In this document: positions 38,101 through 40,932 of the stretch, one piece after another
Position numbering within the stretch: position 1 is the first letter of the stretch
How the letters are laid out: the number at the start of each line of letters is the position of its first letter
From: Candidatus Pacearchaeota archaeon
GTDB taxonomy: Archaea > Nanobdellota > Nanobdellia > Pacearchaeales > GW2011-AR1
DNA length: 40,932 nucleotides
Reading direction: 5' to 3'
NCBI GenBank assembly: GCA_018304055.1
Contig: JAGVWY010000036.1
Location: 1 to 40,932 of the forward strand
Translations under genes and position numbers: made by a program
Notes under the pieces: model-generated
Told to the model about the DNA's origin: nothing
Seen by the model: the letters and a program-made list of their open reading frames with translations, nothing else
Databases searched by the model: none

Positions 38101-40427
38101 TATATTTTGTGAATTTACAAAATGTTTCTGTAAATTCTTCTTTTAAAATAAATGAATCCAGATTTGGAAATGGAAGTGAGTTGCAGATTTCTGATCAATT
38201 TGGTATAAGTGTTGCAAACCTTGGAGATTTAGATGGAGATGGAGTACAAGATATTGTTGTTGGAGCGAATGGAGTTGATGATGGAGGAGGTGCTGATGGA
38301 GCTGTCTGGATTTTATTTTTAAACACTTCAGGAGGTGTTAAAAACTCATATAAAATAAACGAATCCAGATTTGGAAATGGAAATGAATTAAGTAGTGATC
38401 AATTTGGACATAGTGTTGCAAACCTTGGAGATTTAGATGGAGATGGAGTACAAGATATTGTTGTTGGAGAATGGTTAAATGATGATGGAGGAACTGATGA
38501 TGGAGCTGTCTGGATTCTTTTCTTAAACACTTCTGGAGGAGTTCAAAACTCCTATAAAATAAACGAGTCTAGTCTCGGAGGTAATGTATTAAGCAGCGAT
38601 GCTTTTGGAAGTGCGGTTGCAAACCTTGGAGATTTAGATGGAGATGGAGTACAAGATATTGTTGTTGGTGAATATGGTAATGATGACGGAGGAAGCAGTA
38701 ACGGAGCTGTCTGGATTTTATTTTTAAACACTTCAGGAGGTGTTAAAAACTCATATAAAATAAACGAATCAAGGTTTGGAAACGGAAATGAGTTAAGTAG
38801 TGATAATTTTGGATATAGAGTTGCAAACCTTGGGGATTTAGATAGAGATGGTGTTAATGATACTATTGTTGGAGAATATCTTGATGATGCTGCTGGTGGA
38901 GTTAATGGAATAGATAACGGAGCTGCATGGATTTTATTTTTAAACACTTCAGGAGGTGTTAAAAACTCATATAAAATAAACGAATCAAGGTTTGGAAACG
39001 GAAATGAATTAAGTAGTGATTTTTTTGGATATAGTATATCAAACCTTGGAGATTTAGATGGAGATGGAGTACAAGATATTGTTGTTGGTGAATATGGTAA
39101 TGATGACGGAGGATCAACCAATGGTGCTGTCTGGCTGTTATTTCTTCAAACTTTTCCTGATTATAGAACTGTAACAAAAAATACAAGTCTAATTGTTAAT
39201 GTAAGCATTGCTGATACAAATTTAAGAGATGTTATTTGGAATTGGAATGGGACGAATTATACGCTTTATAATGATTCTTTAATTATATATTATAATTTTG
39301 ATAATAGAAGTGATCTTGGAGAAAATGACACTTATGTTTTAGATGTTTCAGGAACTGGAAATAATGGGACTGTTCATAATGGAAGTTGGAATGTAAGTGG
39401 TAGATATGGTGGAGCGTTTTATTTTAACTTAAGTAGGTCGCACAGTAATACTTACATTCGTCCACCAGGAGGATATAATATTGTTAATAAAACTGTAACT
39501 GCATGGATCAAAAGAGATAATGCTATTAGTTGGGATCAGATTGCGGGATTATGTAGTGGTAATTGGTATTTTGCTGTTAGATCTGGTGATGATCTTATTA
39601 TCTCGTATAATAATAGAACATTTTCACAAACTACCTGCGCTAAATTTAGTATTACTGATACTAACTGGCATTTTGTTGGAGCAACTGTTTATAATAATGA
39701 GACTGATGGAGTTAATGTAACGCTTTATTTAGATGATAAAATTGCAAGTTGTTCATCTACTACTGGAATTACAGAAACCTCGCAAACAATACAAATTGGC
39801 AGTTTCATAAGTGGTTGCGGAGTAACAGATGCAGTTTTCAATGGAACAATAGATGAATTTATGTTTTGGAATACGACGCTTCCTCCTGAAATTGTTCAGC
39901 AGTTTTACTTTTCAAATCTTTACAAATTTAATACAACACAATGGTATCTTCTTGTTAATCAATCCAAGAATGCAACTAATGGATTAGATGAAGGAAATTA
40001 TAGTTATTTTTCATGGGTTAATGATACTTCAGGAAATACAAACATGACAGAAATTAGATATTTTAGAACTGCAAACCCTTCTGGAAAGAAATTTGCTATA
40101 ACAAATTCTTCGAATGATGTTGTGGCGAGCATTGATGATACAGGAGATTTATTTTTACAAGGAAATATAGCTCAAAGTCAAAGTAGTCTTACTGCTGAAA
40201 AAAATTCATTTATTGTAACTAATTCAACTAATGATGTTGTGAGTTATATTACTAATACAGGATATTTATTTTTACAGGGAATTATTGGAACTGGATCTGT
40301 AACTACTGGAGTGGCTCCAACAAATCTTGAAATTAGAAATTCAACTAATGATATAGTTGCATTTATTAATAATACTGGAAGTTTGCAGATAATTGGAAAT
40401 TATTATGATAATTATGAAGAGCCGTGA
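32154..40427 (+). CDS. Giant membrane-anchored surface glycoprotein/adhesin with intein, beta-propeller, two LamG domains and FG-GAP repeats
   Basis: Single 2757-aa ORF; N-terminal TM; abundant N-x-S/T sequons; recognisable repeat domains. Confidence 0.85.
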   Translation: MVFKRYIKKGGRVYGPYYYESYRDKNGEVRKRYVGTKPLKSGVNTSKKYSLLFLLAVVFAIVFLVILKTDIAISGKVISGVTQTPFSLGGFSKLSGYVVSEIAEEEIVEEFEVREKNAKLKIKKPKEVLGNKISKNKNHRMEYERIGYEVNEGLILYFDMLNYTEYIDESALVIRKENEKSKGKNESINESEELKESNFTIPINETLINDTITNETESNESENSINNETIIENPEIGDKNETDKEGDKLKEDEEKLDDNKGKEEDINKETDESKKGNKITGIFGGFLGIVGRVIENVNDESSDKNISLDKEKGVDEDKDNKEDKKENKKEIDKKNESEENDEKDKDNESKEGVTDEENIDNEEKEQKRNEDEKEKDNKEKIKGLTLEEIKKGLENLSEESLKGIEDKALIVLNDSEFNITVNESEARRYNADFKWGYKVGLKDKQLMAKIEVTSEELISIYDNHTLRVGRSLLSFKDLVNSGYNVRFERPSLDMGIYDKKIVNETINETLINETIVNETLENVTIINKTLVNETIINETLINKTVNESLENVTSVNETIINETFINETFANKTIINETEEEKEIGKEKKEEKKEEKEEKKNETIIETIINETIIEEDKQIDKRNETKEIGEEIKKDIENKTEEKEEVKEGECYDNITRIFTDKGWRYFKDLEEDDKVMTLNQETGEQEWQLPYEKQDFEGDKEMYSIKTIDSNGREGELIVSEKHKVYVNLEGIDSIVNPSSYNVIKLPSKSSGFISFNNLEKADFDNSNLSWDILNQTTENIFSFGKCSESAKSSSLVINALCSDFEKEANLPLASPLGFETVSTPCSLINFSSLLSTFSSDRNLIERDAELDIVSTSHQTGCIMQGCFNMIFVDRGECFKNLFNGYSCFEHFQNLPDHNPCTFESRLATTNLRVCNKVLINFNSHCNNKNSKELYKLFSLQPITEVYTDYRNRKDIYFLDDKNNPIKILEIEKVPYDGRMYDVDVENDVVLVERNGFVVWSGNSDLKKEEKAEPVEEKKEEIKEEKEKKQEEKSEETASSSEEPDEPVITGNVVRFFGLIGRAITGFVIANEVEDVYYNNTITVYIERDFSNENVSVGETIYLDPTLIIEITKAEHLDENRSFIRDIYDYVKAKDDNWTTIPQSQFVRVTFQKNLTKSNDITIYARYANYSNNISNNSDNTNESNNTGNETSNTSNEININNKGGEIIVYRFNDTEEIARFTNITKEDWYKIYLTNLNENESYNVFDLQIIGDIVIGENNSGNESGNLTGNQTGNETGNGTANVTAAGIEFDYVVDPTNYNIVLVESTNTVGLYSSIAIDSNDGVHISHHKSLNELRYCNNTASDGSWSCTVAKTTNFIGYYSSIAIDLNNKVHISHQDNWNFDLYYCNNTASDGSWSCIAIESTNNVGYDTSIAIDSNNKIHISHRDTTNSNLRYCNNTASDGSWSCIAVDSGGIYSSIAIDSNNKVHISHHEGIAADLRYCNNTASDGSWSCTAIDIDSVGYYSSIAIDSNNKVHISHQDPSPVLDLRYCNNTASDGLWSCITIESTNNVGYLTSLAIDSNDDIHISHYEDIASSSSDRLRYCNNTASDGSWSCTEIASNTSITASSFGRGLAIKKGRLMDTTSYSTYVHGSFYNTSGGDLYYWNMSGTWPASSDSIPKINFTEPTPVNATSTVNTSFIVNVSIVEPDLNEVIYNWNGTNYTLYNDSLVLLMNFDNVSALGENDTLVADLSGYGNNGTGNSSSTVWLSTGKYGGVFNFSGNNNSFINISNTTAFPSDSITVAFWVNASSSGGADGIISYAASSDNEFLLFDTTSIDVYVSSTSAAGTVSINDNLWHHITVIWSGATNRSLTYKDGILEDNLSLAPSSNIGRDGCLVLGQDQDSVCGGFQNSQAFYGHMDNLMIFNRSLSSDEVYQLYASNLYRYNTTQWYLLVNQSKNASAVLEDGTYTYFAWANDTSGNDNITEIRTIYVNHSDVPKIYFVNLQNVSVNSSFKINESRFGNGSELQISDQFGISVANLGDLDGDGVQDIVVGANGVDDGGGADGAVWILFLNTSGGVKNSYKINESRFGNGNELSSDQFGHSVANLGDLDGDGVQDIVVGEWLNDDGGTDDGAVWILFLNTSGGVQNSYKINESSLGGNVLSSDAFGSAVANLGDLDGDGVQDIVVGEYGNDDGGSSNGAVWILFLNTSGGVKNSYKINESRFGNGNELSSDNFGYRVANLGDLDRDGVNDTIVGEYLDDAAGGVNGIDNGAAWILFLNTSGGVKNSYKINESRFGNGNELSSDFFGYSISNLGDLDGDGVQDIVVGEYGNDDGGSTNGAVWLLFLQTFPDYRTVTKNTSLIVNVSIADTNLRDVIWNWNGTNYTLYNDSLIIYYNFDNRSDLGENDTYVLDVSGTGNNGTVHNGSWNVSGRYGGAFYFNLSRSHSNTYIRPPGGYNIVNKTVTAWIKRDNAISWDQIAGLCSGNWYFAVRSGDDLIISYNNRTFSQTTCAKFSITDTNWHFVGATVYNNETDGVNVTLYLDDKIASCSSTTGITETSQTIQIGSFISGCGVTDAVFNGTIDEFMFWNTTLPPEIVQQFYFSNLYKFNTTQWYLLVNQSKNATNGLDEGNYSYFSWVNDTSGNTNMTEIRYFRTANPSGKKFAITNSSNDVVASIDDTGDLFLQGNIAQSQSSLTAEKNSFIVTNSTNDVVSYITNTGYLFLQGIIGTGSVTTGVAPTNLEIRNSTNDIVAFINNTGSLQIIGNYYDNYEEP
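34334..34717 (-). CDS. DUF5615 PIN-like toxin (VapC45-like), nested antisense in the intein
   Basis: RFLSDENV and LITNDEDF motifs; 127 aa; overlaps end of DUF433 gene. Confidence 0.85.
   Translation of the reverse strand: MSNSASRSIRFLSDENVDKRLEKFIKEQGVDTVSKPKGLANGKLASFSKSEQRALITNDEDFADSEHFPKEKIFSVVWLRISQDKLELSKSAFSRLLKEIKPEDFEGNLITLYEDGFTIESIPSKLT
34689..34934 (-). CDS. DUF433 antitoxin (VapB45-like), nested antisense in the intein
   Basis: ICGGKPTFKGTRVMVWQILEMLEAG...EILEAFP.I....IKAALHYA signature. Confidence 0.92.
   Translation of the reverse strand: MRVEINEYLVADTEICGGKPTFKGTRVMVWQILEMLEAGIPIKEILEAFPSINENHIKAALHYAASLMRGRDNVQFSVPLD
34951..34980 (-). promoter_or_regulatory. BRE/TATA promoter of the nested TA operon with flanking inverted repeat
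   Basis: Minus strand GAGAAAAG-TTTATATA (TATA 34967-34960) 26 nt before ATG; GTAAGGA (34951-57)/TCCTTAC (34974-80). Confidence 0.65.
36060..37100 (+). repeat. Beta-propeller repeats (SIAIDSNNKVHISH..LRYCNNTASDGSWSC), about 6 units
   Basis: Direct repeats visible in both DNA and protein. Confidence 0.85.
38140..39150 (+). repeat. Five FG-GAP/integrin-alpha repeats, about 200 bp each
   Basis: FG..VANLGDLDGDGVQDIVVG..GAVWILFL; near-identical DNA copies. Confidence 0.9.
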
Positions 40428-40441
40428 TGAAAATGGACATA

Positions 40442-40891
40442 CTATTTAATATTTCTAAGGAGTTTAGCATTAATAGACAGTTTAATTGCAGTTTCATACA
40501 TTTTTTTGTCATCTGTGAAGAGAGTAGAGTTAGTAAGTTTTGCTACTGCAATAAAGATGGAATCAAAGCCGCTGATTTTTGTTTGCGCTGCAATTTTAGC
40601 AGCTTCATTAATAAAGAAAGTATCATAAATAATTTTACTATTTTCTCTGACAAAATTTCTAGCTTCAATACCTTTTTCTTCTTTACCAGTTAGTCTTGCA
40701 CCAACAGCAGCAATTTCAACAAGAGCAATAGAAGGAACAATCAACTTTATTTTTTTATTAGCGACTTGGTCCAGAAGGGAAGAAGCCACTTTATAGATTC
40801 TAATCTGTTCTTCAAGAATGGAATCTTGTTTTCTTCTTCTTGGTTCAATGAACCCTTTAGCAATAACGTTTGTATCAAAAACTCCATCCAT
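40442..40891 (-). CDS. PIN-domain (VapC-like) toxin
   Basis: VFDTNV, ALVEI, FDSIFIAVA, LFTDD motifs; ATG 40891. Confidence 0.88.
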   Translation of the reverse strand: MDGVFDTNVIAKGFIEPRRRKQDSILEEQIRIYKVASSLLDQVANKKIKLIVPSIALVEIAAVGARLTGKEEKGIEARNFVRENSKIIYDTFFINEAAKIAAQTKISGFDSIFIAVAKLTNSTLFTDDKKMYETAIKLSINAKLLRNIK

Positions 40892-40893
40892 AG

Positions 40894-40932
40894 TCAATAT
40901 TCTCTATCACGCATCTTACGTATTAATTCTGT
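40894..40932 (-). CDS. 3' end of probable VapB antitoxin (...TELIRKMRDREY*)
   Basis: Open frame from window edge ending 2 nt before the PIN start; C-terminus typical of archaeal antitoxins. Confidence 0.5.
   Translation of the reverse strand, partial: TELIRKMRDREY

Noticed and set aside
36060-39150. Regularly spaced DNA repeats resembling a CRISPR array
   Set aside because: Units are 135-215 bp, in-frame protein repeats with homologous rather than unique spacers; no cas genes
38552-39186. Antisense ORFs over the FG-GAP repeats
   Set aside because: Repetitive shadow of the sense repeats

Overview
AT-rich archaeal window, most consistent with a DPANN (Pacearchaeota/Woesearchaeota-like) genome: archaeal TyrRS, Dph6-like ATPase, split Hef helicase/XPF nuclease, TATA/BRE promoters. 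It holds housekeeping genes, two intact IS elements with clear ends and target duplications, several decayed genes, a type II/IV secretion ATPase and three surface proteins. Main finding: the 2757-aa surface protein (32154-40427) contains a 354-aa intein/Hint domain (34107-35168). Where a homing endonuclease would normally sit there is instead a complete antisense toxin-antitoxin operon (DUF433 + DUF5615/PIN, VapBC45-like) with its own TATA promoter and candidate operator, and the host reading frame stays open across it. Second finding: an orphan DGR-type target gene with an adenine-depleted variable region (15661-15758). Third finding: a family of nested palindromic cassettes, inserted both between genes and in-frame inside genes (e.g. 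thpR), two of which show compensatory stem changes. No rRNA, tRNA or CRISPR array was recognised. All family assignments come from motif recognition by eye, not database searches.
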